This document shows, in pieces, positions 19,576 to 31,112 of a DNA stretch of 64,000 nt. This DNA comes from an uncultured Gemmatimonadales bacterium. Its GTDB lineage: Bacteria > Gemmatimonadota > Gemmatimonadetes > Gemmatimonadales > Gemmatimonadaceae. A model generated the notes under the pieces. The model was not told the origin of the DNA and ran no database searches. It was given only the letters and a program-made list of their open reading frames with translations. Both the position numbers and the translations under genes were made by a program. The stretch's first letter is position 1. The number at the start of each line of letters is the position of its first letter. The stretch spans positions 141,028-205,027 of the forward strand of contig CAWKNZ010000009.1 of the NCBI GenBank assembly GCA_963851265.1. The letters are read 5' to 3'.

Positions 19576-20292
19576 ATGCCCGCCCCTGCGAAGTCGAATC
19601 CCGCTGCTGGCCGTCCCACCACCCCGGCCGGCGCCTCGGCGCGGGGGCGCGCGTCCCGGACGCCGGACGCACCCCCGCGGACCCTGCTCCGGCTCTATCG
19701 GGATGCGGTTCGGCGGAGCCGGGCAGCCGGGCGGCCGGTGAGCGTGCGCTTCATCGTCGACCCGACTGGCGCGGCGGCGGTTGACCGGTCCTCCCGGGCC
19801 GACGAGGCGCCCCGGCCGGCGTCCCCGCCGACAGGACCGACCGCCGCGGTCGAGGCGTACCCGGTCGAACCAGCGGCCGAGCCGGACGCGGCGCTACGGA
19901 GCGCGCTCGACGCCGCGCGTGCGAGGGGGGAGCGGCGCGCCGCCGAGATCCTGGCCGGCGCCGACATGCTCAGCGCCGACCAGTTCGCGAAGCTGCTCGG
20001 GACGTCGCGCGTGACGGTGAACACGCGGCGGCAGCGCCGGGAGGTGCTCGCGCTCGACGGCGCGAAGCGCGGCTTCCGCTTCCCGGCGTGGCAGATCGAT
20101 CGCGAGGGCAAGCCGTTCGCGGCACTCCCGGCCCTTTATGACCGACTCGGCGGCAGCGCGTGGGCGGTCTACCGCTTCCTCGTGCAGCCGCACCCCGAGC
20201 TCGACGGGCTCACCGGGCGCGAGGCGCTCGCGCGGGGCCGGGCCGCGCAGGCCGTCGCGGCCGCGGAGAGCGTCGGGCGCGACTTCCGATAA
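19576..20292 (+). CDS. Putative antitoxin (HTH plus MbcA/Xre-C-like domain) for the RES toxin
   Basis: HTH LSADQFAKLLGTSRVTVN, FRFPAWQ and HPELDGLTGREAL; directly upstream of the RES gene. Confidence 0.7.
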   Translation: MPAPAKSNPAAGRPTTPAGASARGRASRTPDAPPRTLLRLYRDAVRRSRAAGRPVSVRFIVDPTGAAAVDRSSRADEAPRPASPPTGPTAAVEAYPVEPAAEPDAALRSALDAARARGERRAAEILAGADMLSADQFAKLLGTSRVTVNTRRQRREVLALDGAKRGFRFPAWQIDREGKPFAALPALYDRLGGSAWAVYRFLVQPHPELDGLTGREALARGRAAQAVAAAESVGRDFR

Positions 20293-20347
20293 GCACGGCG
20301 AGCCCGCGCGCCTGGGCCCTGGGTTGGTCGCCAGCGTGACGCCCTGA

Positions 20348-20956
20348 ATGGCGGGCCCGCGGCCCACCGCGGCGTTCGCCCGGGTGCCGCTCGAGATCGC
20401 GACGGGGCCGGTCGGGGTGCGGTTCGGCCGTATCTACCTCGACCGCTACCCCGACCCGCTCGGGTATGGCAAGGCGCCGAGCCGCTTCAGCGACCCGCGC
20501 CGGCGTGTCGCGGCGCATCGGTTCGGGGTGCTCTACCTGGGCGAGAGCCTGCACGTGTGCTTCGCGGAGGCCGTGCTGCGCGACCGGCGCGACGGCGCGG
20601 TCGGGGACCTCCCCGTCGAGGAGGCAGAACTGCGTGCGCGGCGCTACGCGACGCTTGCCGTGGCCGCCCCGCTGCGGCTGGTCGACCTGCGTGAGAGCTG
20701 CGCGCTCCGCATGGGCGTACCGACGGACGTGGCACGTGCCGCGCGGCAGTCGCTCGCGCGGGCGTGGTCGGCGGCGTTCTACGCGCACCCCGCGCAGCCC
20801 GACGGTGTGATCTACCCGTCGCGCCTGACGGGGCAGACGAACGTGGCGGTGTACGATCGCGCAGTCCCCAAACTCGCGGTCGCGCGGGTACAGCAGCTGC
20901 TCGGGGCCGCGGGCCTGGCGGACGTGCTCACCAACCTCAGAGTCGCGCTCGTCTGA
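20348..20956 (+). CDS. RES domain toxin (NAD+ phosphorylase family)
   Basis: SRFSDP, VLYLGE...FAE and GVIYPSR supply the R, E and S residues. Confidence 0.85.
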   Translation: MAGPRPTAAFARVPLEIATGPVGVRFGRIYLDRYPDPLGYGKAPSRFSDPRRRVAAHRFGVLYLGESLHVCFAEAVLRDRRDGAVGDLPVEEAELRARRYATLAVAAPLRLVDLRESCALRMGVPTDVARAARQSLARAWSAAFYAHPAQPDGVIYPSRLTGQTNVAVYDRAVPKLAVARVQQLLGAAGLADVLTNLRVALV

Positions 20957-20980
20957 CCCACCCCGCTGCGACCGGGTGCA

Positions 20981-23014
<2,034 letters not shown>

Positions 23015-23131
23015 GCGTGATCTCGGCGGGTGGGGAATCCACTCGGCGGCCGGCGGCCGCGGGGGCACGGCGGCTCGCCGCGTGCTCTGTACGTTGCTGT
23101 TCCGGCACGTGTACCGACAAGGATCGCCGGC

Positions 23132-23194
23132 CTTCTCGACTCCGTCCGCGGCGAGCACGGCGATCCGGATCCCGTCGAGTGGCTTCTCGAACAT
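23132..23194 (-). pseudogene. Remnant N-terminus of a PfpI/DJ-1 family protein
   Basis: MFEKPLDGIRIAVLAADGVEK matches the typical PfpI N-terminus, then similarity stops. Confidence 0.45.
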
Positions 23195-24013
23195 CGCGCT
23201 GGCCCTCCTGGCGCTCGCGCGCCGACGTGCTCGGCCCTTGCCGCTGCTCGCCCCCGCCGCCGGCGCGCCGACGGGGACCGAGCGTTCGCCGCGGGGCCGC
23301 ACGCAGTCTGCTCGCGGGGTCCGGGCGCGTCCATCAGAAGCGCGCGAACCCACACTTCCCGAACACCCGACACGGGCCCGGCGGTAGACGTGGCGGCGAC
23401 GATGGCCGCCGCCGCGCTCTCGGCCTTGCCAATGACCGCGGTGACCGAGGTGGCGCAGATTCATGCCAGTTCGCGGCGAACTCGTCGTCGGTCATCTCCT
23501 CGGCCGCTCTCCGCCCCCCTTTCGCGTACGGCTACTGGCCGACGCACCATCACCCCGCCCTCGCCCGTGGCGCTCAGGCCGCACACGGTGCAGGAAATCG
23601 TCCACGGGCGGGCCCACTCAGCCGTGGACCGGGCCAAGCGCCTCCTGCTGACGACCACAGCTTCGGGCCTCGTAGCCTCATGGAGCGGGAACGCACGTGG
23701 GCCGGCGCCCGCGCGTGGACACCCACGCGAGCTCGTCGTTTGCCGGGTGCTCAGCGCCCGTTTCGATCGCGGTATCGGTGCCTAACGGTGAGACGCCGCT
23801 CGGATCTCGAACGCTGATGCGATGTTAGTACGCATCTCGTCAGTGTTCGAGCCGTCGCACGACGGCCTGACCCCCCAGACCCGGCCGCGCCCCACCCCTC
23901 GTCGGCGCGCCGGCACCGCCGCGGAATGGGGCGTGCGAACGACCGTCCAGCGTGCACACCCGTCGGCCGACGGTCGTGCTCGTTCGGGCCCACGTTTCCG
24001 GAGCATCTTCGTC

Positions 24014-25018
24014 ATGGCATCGCCGCGCTACCGTCCCCCGCACGACTTCGGCCTCGGCGGAGTCGCGATCGGCAACGAGTTCGAGTTCGCGACCGACGAG
24101 CAGGCGGAGGCGACGCTCGCCGCCGCCTGGGACGCGGGGGTCCGCTACTTCGACGTCTCGCCCTGGTACGGGCTCGGGCTCGCGGAGCGGCGCTTCGGGC
24201 GCTTCCTCGCGCGCAAACCGCGCCACGAGTTCGTGATCTCGTCCAAGGTCGGCAAGCTCCTCCACGCGAGCCGCGGCAACCGGGCGAAGGAGTACTTCCC
24301 GTTCACCACCTCGCCCAACACGCCGTCGTTCGACTACTCGGCCGACGGCGTGCGGCGCTCGATCGAGGATAGCCTGCAGCGGCTCGGGCTCGACCGGCTC
24401 GACATCGTCTTCGTCCACGACCTGTCGCCAGACAACGCGTACCTGCCCGAGGACTGGAACGCGCTGTGGCCGGTCGCCGAGCGCGGCGCGTTCCCGACGT
24501 TGACGCGGCTGCGCGAGGAGGGGGTGATCGACGCGTGGGGGATGGGGGTGAACCGCCCGGAGCCGATCCTGCGATGCCTGGAGGTGGCCGACAGCGACGT
24601 GCACCTGCTCGCCAGCCAGTACTCGCTGGTGGACCACGCGAACGCCGTCGAGCAGGTGTTCCCCCGCGCGCGCGAGGCCGGGGTGAGCTTCGTCGTCGGC
24701 TCGGCGCTCAACGCCGGCTTCCTCGGAGGCGCGTCGCGCTACAACTACGGCGACGAGAACACGCTGATCGCGAACGATAAGCGCGAGCGACGCGCGGCCC
24801 TGTGGGCGACCGCCGCCCGGCACGGGGTCGACCTGGTCGCGGCGGCGCTCCAGTTCAGCAAGGCGCCCGACGTCGCCGCGGCGCTGATCGTCGGCGCGGC
24901 GCGCCCCGAGCACATCCTGGCGGACCACGCGGCGCTCCGGGCCAAGATTCCGCCGGCGTTCTGGGAAGAGCTGCGAGCGGCGGGAATCCTGCACCCCGAC
25001 GCCGCCGTGCCGGCGTAG
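24014..25018 (+). CDS. Aldo/keto reductase (D-threo-aldose dehydrogenase-like)
   Basis: GLGG, YFDVSPWYGLG, SSKVG, SLQRLGLDRLDIVFVHD and YNYG motifs. Confidence 0.9.
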   Translation: MASPRYRPPHDFGLGGVAIGNEFEFATDEQAEATLAAAWDAGVRYFDVSPWYGLGLAERRFGRFLARKPRHEFVISSKVGKLLHASRGNRAKEYFPFTTSPNTPSFDYSADGVRRSIEDSLQRLGLDRLDIVFVHDLSPDNAYLPEDWNALWPVAERGAFPTLTRLREEGVIDAWGMGVNRPEPILRCLEVADSDVHLLASQYSLVDHANAVEQVFPRAREAGVSFVVGSALNAGFLGGASRYNYGDENTLIANDKRERRAALWATAARHGVDLVAAALQFSKAPDVAAALIVGAARPEHILADHAALRAKIPPAFWEELRAAGILHPDAAVPA

Positions 25019-25431
25019 CCGCACCACCGGGCGCGCACGCCGCGACCCACGCGCCGCGACCCACGCGCCGCGTGCACCGCGCGAGTCGGGCGGTGAAGAG
25101 GAGCTCGGCGTGGGGCGTCGCAGGCCAGAACCCGGGCAGCGGCCGTTCCGCAAGTCGCACCCCCCGAGGACGGCCCGGGGACGCGCGCGTCCGCCCGGCG
25201 TGCTCCGTGTGTTAGGCGCTGCCCGCGAACAGGCTCAGCACCCGCCAATGCGGCCCGTGCTCGGAGCCGGCGGCGGGCCGACCCTGACGCGCACACCCGT
25301 CCCTCGCGCGAACGCCGGCGAAGTCGCGCCTGCTGCCGTGACGGGCACGGGCCAGTCCGCGCTTGCGAACCGCAACGCCGCCGGTATCGTGACGCGGTCG
25401 GCGTCATCGGGCCGACCGACGACTCACACGC

Positions 25432-27816
25432 GTGGAGGCTTCCGTGTTCCCCCTCGACCGCTCCCCATGGGCGCTGGTGCGCCGCGCGGTGCGCCTCGCC
25501 GCCGCCCTTGCGGGCCTGCTCGCGGCGGAACGGGTGGCCCGCGCGCAAGCGGGTGCCGCCGCGCCGCCGACCGATCCGACGCGCGTCACGCTCGATCGGC
25601 TCTTCGCCTCTCGCGACTTCGCGCCGCAGCCGTCGCACGGCCGGCGGTGGCTCGCCGACGGAGCCGGGTACACAAGTCTGGAGCCGGCGTCGGGCGCGGC
25701 TGCCGGCCGCGACCTCGTGCGCTACGATGCCGCGACGGGGCAGCGGACGGTGCTCGTGCCCGCGGCGCGGCTCGTGCCCCCCGGCGCGGCGACCCCGGTC
25801 GCCGTGGAGGACTACGCGTGGTCGGCCGAGGGCGCGCGGCTTCTGGTGTTCACCAACTCGCAGCGGGTCTGGCGGCAGAACACGCGCGGGGACTACTGGG
25901 TGGTCGACGTCGCGGGCGGGCCGATGCGGAAGCTCGGCGGTGACGCGGCACCCTCGACACTCATGTTCGCCAAGTTCTCGCCCGACGGCCGCCGCGTCGC
26001 GTACGTCCGCGACCACGACCTGTACGTCGAAACGTTAGGCGATGGTCGCATCGCCCGCCTCACGACCGACGGCTCGCGGACGACGATCAACGGCACCTTC
26101 GACTGGGTGTACGAGGAAGAGCTGAACCTCCGCGACGGCTTCCGCTGGAGCCCCGACGGGACGCGCCTCGCGTACTGGCAACTCGACGCGCGCGGGGTGC
26201 GCGACTACCTGCTGATCGACGACACCGACTCGCTCTACTCGGTCGCCACGCCCGTCCAGTATCCGAAGGCCGGGTCCACCAACTCGGCCGCGCGCGTGGG
26301 CGTGGTCGACGCGGCGGGTGGCGCGACCCGCTGGCTCGCGGTGCCGGGCGACCCGCGCAACAACTACATCGCGCGGCTCGAGTGGGCGGCGAACTCCGAC
26401 GAGCTGGTCCTGCAGCATCTCAACCGGCGCCAGAACACGAACGAGGTCATGCTCGGCGACGCGCGCACCGGGCAGGTGCGCACCGTGCTCACCGAGCGCG
26501 ACAGCGCGTGGGTCGACGTGGTCGACGACGTGCGGTGGCTCGACGGCGGACGGCGCTTCACCTGGGTCAGCGAGCGCGACGGGTGGCGACACCTCTACAC
26601 GGTCTCGCGCGACGGCGCGGCGACGCGGCTCGTGACGCCGGGCGCGATGGACCTCGACAATCCCGCGAGCGCGTTCGGCGAGCGGCTGGTCGTCGGCGTC
26701 GACAGCGCGGCCGGCACGTTCTACTTCACGGCGTCCCCGGCGAACGCGACGCAGCTGTACCTCTACACCGCGCGCCTCGACGGGCGCGGCGCGCCGCGGC
26801 GCGTGACGCCGGCCGACCAACCGGGCACGCACACCTACGTCATCGCGCCGAACGGACGGTGGGCGTTCCACACGACCTCGGCGTTCGGCACGCCGCCCGT
26901 GACGGAGCTCGTGCGCCTGCCGGGCCACGAAGTCGTGCGCACGCTCACGGACAACGCCGCGCTCCGAACCGCAGTGACCGCGCTCCAGCGCCGTCCGGTC
27001 GAGTTCTTCCGCGTGAGCCCCGAGCCGGGCGTCACGCTCGACGGCTGGATGATGACGCCGCCGGACTTCGATCCGGCCAAGCGCTACCCGGTGCTCTTCA
27101 CGGTCTACGGCGAACCCGCCGCGCAGACCGTGCTCGACGCCTGGGCGGGGGCGGGGTATCTCTGGCACCTCATGCTCACGCAGCAGGGCTACATCGTGGC
27201 GAGCGTCGACAACCGCGGGGCGCCGGCGCCGCGCGGCCGCGCGTTCCGCAAGGCGATCTACGGACAGATCGGCGTGCTGAACGCGCGGGACCAGGCCGGC
27301 GCCGTCGCGGCGCTGCTGCGCCAGCGCCCCTACCTCGATCCGACGCGCGTCGGCGTGTGGGGGTGGAGCGGCGGCGGGGCGTCGACGCTCAACCTCCTGT
27401 TCCGTTATCCCGCGGTGTACCGCATGGGGATGGCCGTGGCGCCGGTGAGCGATCCGCGCTACTACGACACGATCTACGAGGAGCGCTACATGGGGCTCCC
27501 GCAGGACGACTCGGCGCGGTACCGCCAAGCCGCGGCGGTGACGTTCGCGTCCGGGCTCCGCGGCGACCTGCTGCTCGTGCACGGTACGGGCGACGACAAC
27601 GTGCACTTCCAGAACAGCGAGGCGGTGATCAACGCGCTCGTGGCGGCGAACAAGCCGTTCACGATGATGGCGTACCCGAACCGGACGCACTGCATCTGCG
27701 AGGGGGACAACACGTCGCGCCACGTCTTCGAACTGCTGACGCGCTACCTGCACGAGCACCTGCCTGCGGGGGCGACCGTCGCCGCGGTCACCAGGCCTGC
27801 CGAGGGGGCGCGGTAG
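25432..27816 (+). CDS. S9B dipeptidyl peptidase IV-like serine peptidase
   Basis: DPPIV propeller (DWVYEEE, YPKAG); catalytic GWSGGG, HGTGDDNVH and RTH. Start may be 25468. Confidence 0.93.
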   Translation: MEASVFPLDRSPWALVRRAVRLAAALAGLLAAERVARAQAGAAAPPTDPTRVTLDRLFASRDFAPQPSHGRRWLADGAGYTSLEPASGAAAGRDLVRYDAATGQRTVLVPAARLVPPGAATPVAVEDYAWSAEGARLLVFTNSQRVWRQNTRGDYWVVDVAGGPMRKLGGDAAPSTLMFAKFSPDGRRVAYVRDHDLYVETLGDGRIARLTTDGSRTTINGTFDWVYEEELNLRDGFRWSPDGTRLAYWQLDARGVRDYLLIDDTDSLYSVATPVQYPKAGSTNSAARVGVVDAAGGATRWLAVPGDPRNNYIARLEWAANSDELVLQHLNRRQNTNEVMLGDARTGQVRTVLTERDSAWVDVVDDVRWLDGGRRFTWVSERDGWRHLYTVSRDGAATRLVTPGAMDLDNPASAFGERLVVGVDSAAGTFYFTASPANATQLYLYTARLDGRGAPRRVTPADQPGTHTYVIAPNGRWAFHTTSAFGTPPVTELVRLPGHEVVRTLTDNAALRTAVTALQRRPVEFFRVSPEPGVTLDGWMMTPPDFDPAKRYPVLFTVYGEPAAQTVLDAWAGAGYLWHLMLTQQGYIVASVDNRGAPAPRGRAFRKAIYGQIGVLNARDQAGAVAALLRQRPYLDPTRVGVWGWSGGGASTLNLLFRYPAVYRMGMAVAPVSDPRYYDTIYEERYMGLPQDDSARYRQAAAVTFASGLRGDLLLVHGTGDDNVHFQNSEAVINALVAANKPFTMMAYPNRTHCICEGDNTSRHVFELLTRYLHEHLPAGATVAAVTRPAEGAR

Positions 27817-28293
27817 CGCGCGGGGAGCGGCACCGGCATCGAACGGCAGGGGCACCCCGCCTGGCACCTGCCGCCAAACCGCGTCCCGGAACGACGCGTG
27901 CGGGCCCCCCAAGCCGACGTCGGCCGATACGGGCGAGTGGCGAACGCCGAATCGGACACCAGCATCGGGCCGATTCTGAGACGTTAGGCGGCAGCATACT
28001 AGAACGCGTCGCACGAGCCGTCGCACCAGCACGCGTCCCGAAATGCTCGGCGCGTGGGGCGGCGCGACGGCCGGCGCGGAAACGGCCAAGTTCTCGGTGT
28101 CTCAGCCGAGTTGTATCGAGCCGTGCGGGGACACCATTCGTCCAGCGTGATTGGCGGGCTATCCGCCCGGCGACCGATGAGAATTGGCGAGGGCGGCGGT
28201 CTGTCGGGTTGATTCACGGGCACGCCCCACGCGCCCCACGCGGCGCCCCGCGGCCGCGTGTCTCCGCGCCCACCCTTCCGGCTCCGTTCCCAC

Positions 28294-28713
28294 ATGCCGA
28301 GCACGCCGATCACCGTCGAGACCACCGTCGCCGCACCCGTGGACCGCGTCTGGCGCGCCTACACCACCCCCGAGGCGATCATCCGGTGGAACGCCGCGTC
28401 GGACGACTGGCACACCACCGCCGCCGCGGTCGACCTGCGCCCCGGCGGCGCGTTCTCGTCGCGCATGGAGGCGAAGGACGGGAGCGCGGGCTTCGACTTC
28501 GCGGGTACCTACACCGGCGTCGTTGAACACGAGCGGATTGCCTACACGTTCGGCGACCGGAACGCCGAGGTCGCGTTCCGCGCCACGCCGGGCGGGACCG
28601 TCGTGCGCGTGACGTTCGACGCCGAGGCGACGCACACGACGGATCAGCAGCGGCAGGGCTGGCAGGCGATCCTGGACAACTTCCGGCAGTACGTCGAGGG
28701 CGAGGGACGCTGA
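28294..28713 (+). CDS. SRPBCC/AHSA1 family protein
   Basis: WNAASDDWH, DLRPGG, RMEAKDGSAGFDF and QQRQGWQAILDNF motifs. Confidence 0.9.
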   Translation: MPSTPITVETTVAAPVDRVWRAYTTPEAIIRWNAASDDWHTTAAAVDLRPGGAFSSRMEAKDGSAGFDFAGTYTGVVEHERIAYTFGDRNAEVAFRATPGGTVVRVTFDAEATHTTDQQRQGWQAILDNFRQYVEGEGR

Positions 28714-29072
28714 GTTCCGCGACGAACCCGCGTCGGGCCATCACGGTCGGTTCTGCGCCCGAGACGCCCGAGGGCTCGGAACGCGTTACACGACCGGTCT
28801 CGCACCGCGATGGGTCAGGGTGCAAGATCGCCGTGCGTTGCCGAGCCGCGGGCGGTCGCATCGCCCGAACGCACGCGTTCAGGACGTCTCAGTCCAGCGT
28901 GACCCGAGCGCCGCGCCCCGCTGACTCACGAACCGCCGCCTCGCTGGCGCGTCCGCGCCGGCGCCGTAGGTTGCCCGGAGGGTCTCGGACGGCCTCTCGC
29001 CACCAGGCAGCGAACCCCCGCGCCGGTGCGAGGAGGGACAGATCCCACACCCCGCCACGCAGGAGCATGACC

Positions 29073-29660
29073 ATGGCTGACGCTCGACGTGCCACGATCG
29101 CCCTCGGCACCGTGGTGCTGGCGTTCTTCCTGAGTGCGACGCCAGCACCGGCACCCGCCCAAGCACCGACCCCGGCACCGGCACGCACGTCCTGGAGTTG
29201 GAGCTACTCCGGGAGCGGGATCAGCGCCGCGGGCTCACTGCTCACGTCCGACACGCCCGACGCGGCTGGTTATTTCCACATCGTGTCCATCACAGGCAGC
29301 CGGAACGGCGACGCCATCGTGGCGCTGTATCCGACGGGGCTCGCCATACCTGGCAATGAGCCGTACAGCGTGGACAACCTGATCCGCCGTGATGGGTCGG
29401 GCATGATCACCGTCCACGGCTTCGGCTATTCTCTCGCGTCGGGGGCCTACGTGAACCCCTACTTTGCCGACTTCCTGTCGCCTCCCGCCTACGCGGAGGT
29501 CTTTACGCAGGGCGGCACTCTCAGCGAAGTGCCCATCACCTTCACCGCAACGCCGGTCGCTGCGCCGTCCGCCGTGCCGGAGCCGTCTGCCGCGGCCTGC
29601 CTGCTGTCCGGCTTTGCGCTGGCCGGTGTCCGGCGTCTGGCTCGTCGCCGTGATGGCTGA
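29073..29660 (+). CDS. PEP-CTERM sorting-domain protein
   Basis: Signal peptide; C-terminal VPEPS + hydrophobic helix + RRLARRR; AGGAG 7 nt before ATG 29073. Confidence 0.85.
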   Translation: MADARRATIALGTVVLAFFLSATPAPAPAQAPTPAPARTSWSWSYSGSGISAAGSLLTSDTPDAAGYFHIVSITGSRNGDAIVALYPTGLAIPGNEPYSVDNLIRRDGSGMITVHGFGYSLASGAYVNPYFADFLSPPAYAEVFTQGGTLSEVPITFTATPVAAPSAVPEPSAAACLLSGFALAGVRRLARRRDG

Positions 29661-29983
29661 CGGTCGGCGACACCCCGGACGGGTGCCGATCGTTCGGTGA
29701 GCACCGGGGCTCGTCGTTTCCATCACCCGTGGAACACGGCAGGCGGTAGAGCCTGAAGGTGCATGACAGGTAGGCGGCGGGCACCGGCATGGCCCCGGTC
29801 ACTACGGTCGGTTCTGACACGTCAGCTTCGGCCCATCAGCTTGCGACGCCTGTCACCGGGCGCCACACGTCACGCCCGACCGCCTCGCAGGCGACGGACT
29901 CGCCCCGATGCTGGGCGCCGGGGCCGGCCGGCGGTCGGCGGCCACTCCTCCACGCACATGCTACCGCCCTACACGCCGCGCCG

Positions 29984-30367
29984 ATGACTACCGTGGCGGA
30001 CGTGCGCCGCGTCGCGACGGCCTTGCCCGACGTCGAGGTATCTGCCGATGCCCTCGTTTTCGCCGTGCGCCGCGGTACGAAGGCCCGGGGGTTCGCCTGG
30101 GCCTGGCGCGAGCGCGTCGCGCCGAAGCGGCCGCGGGTGCCCAACCCGGGCGTGTTCGCGGTGCGGGTGGCCAGCGTCGCGCAGCGCGACCTGATGATCG
30201 CGGCCGAGCCGGCGAAGTTCTTCACCGAGCCGCACTACGACGGGTTTCCGGCAGTGCTGGTCCGGCTCGATGCGGTGAGCGTGGCCGATCTCGAGGTGCT
30301 GCTCGCCGCGGCATGGCGGTGTCAGGCCGCGCCACCGGGGCGTAGCTCACGCGCGCATCGTCCGTAA
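29984..30367 (+). CDS. MmcQ/YjbR family protein
   Basis: DVRRVATALP, FFTEPHYDGFPAVLVRL and LLAAAW motifs. Confidence 0.8.
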   Translation: MTTVADVRRVATALPDVEVSADALVFAVRRGTKARGFAWAWRERVAPKRPRVPNPGVFAVRVASVAQRDLMIAAEPAKFFTEPHYDGFPAVLVRLDAVSVADLEVLLAAAWRCQAAPPGRSSRAHRP

Positions 30368-30571
30368 ACGCGGGTACCAATCGAGAGCCGCGCGACGGGA
30401 GAGCGGTCCGGTTCTGCGAGGGCATCTGCGATGTTTCACCGCAGCTGTTCTGACGCATGACAGCGGGCCGACCAGGCCCGCGTGTGATCGTGGACGCCGG
30501 TGGACAACGGCCGTTTCGCGCGTCCGGGTCGGTGGCCGGCGCGCGCCCATCGTCGGTGTTACGTTGGACGC

Positions 30572-31006
30572 GTGCGCCGGTCCGTCTGGTCCCGCCTGCT
30601 CGCTGGTTGGCTCGCCTGTTGGCTGCCGCTCGTCCTCGCCGACGGGGGGTGGCTGCACACGTGCCCGATGCACGACTTCGCCGTGCGCGACGGCAGCGGC
30701 GCCAGAGGCGCAGTCGCGGCGCACGCCGCGATGCCGCACATGCATGGGATGACGGCGGCGAACCACGCCGGACGCGACGACCCGCATGGCGCGTCGCACG
30801 GCGGATCGCGTGGTGCGCGGTGTTGTACCTGCGCCGCGGCCTGCTGCGCCCCGGTCGCCGCGTTGCCCGTGCACCCTCGGGCCGAAACGGTGCTGACAGC
30901 CGAGCGCGCGTTCGTGGCCCCGACCGGGCGCCCCGAGCACGAGTACGTCTCGGCGTGGGTGGATTTCGTCCTCCCGTTCGCGACCGCACCGCCGACGCGG
31001 GGCTGA
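30572..31006 (+). CDS. Cys/His-rich DUF2946/CruR-like leader protein ending in a RAPP-like motif
   Basis: Hydrophobic N-terminus, HTCPMH, His-rich linker, CCTCAAACC and C-terminal LPFATAPP; directly upstream of a TonB receptor; extended -10 TGnTACGTT 6 nt before the GTG. Confidence 0.65.
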   Translation: MRRSVWSRLLAGWLACWLPLVLADGGWLHTCPMHDFAVRDGSGARGAVAAHAAMPHMHGMTAANHAGRDDPHGASHGGSRGARCCTCAAACCAPVAALPVHPRAETVLTAERAFVAPTGRPEHEYVSAWVDFVLPFATAPPTRG

Positions 31007-31112
31007 CGTCGTTCCCGCGTCCGGCGGCCCCCCAGGGGGAGACCTTCCGCCCGGCGCGGTCCCGTCTCGCGCGCACCGCTCGGGGTGTCCCGACCGGGCG
31101 CGCGCATGCCCC

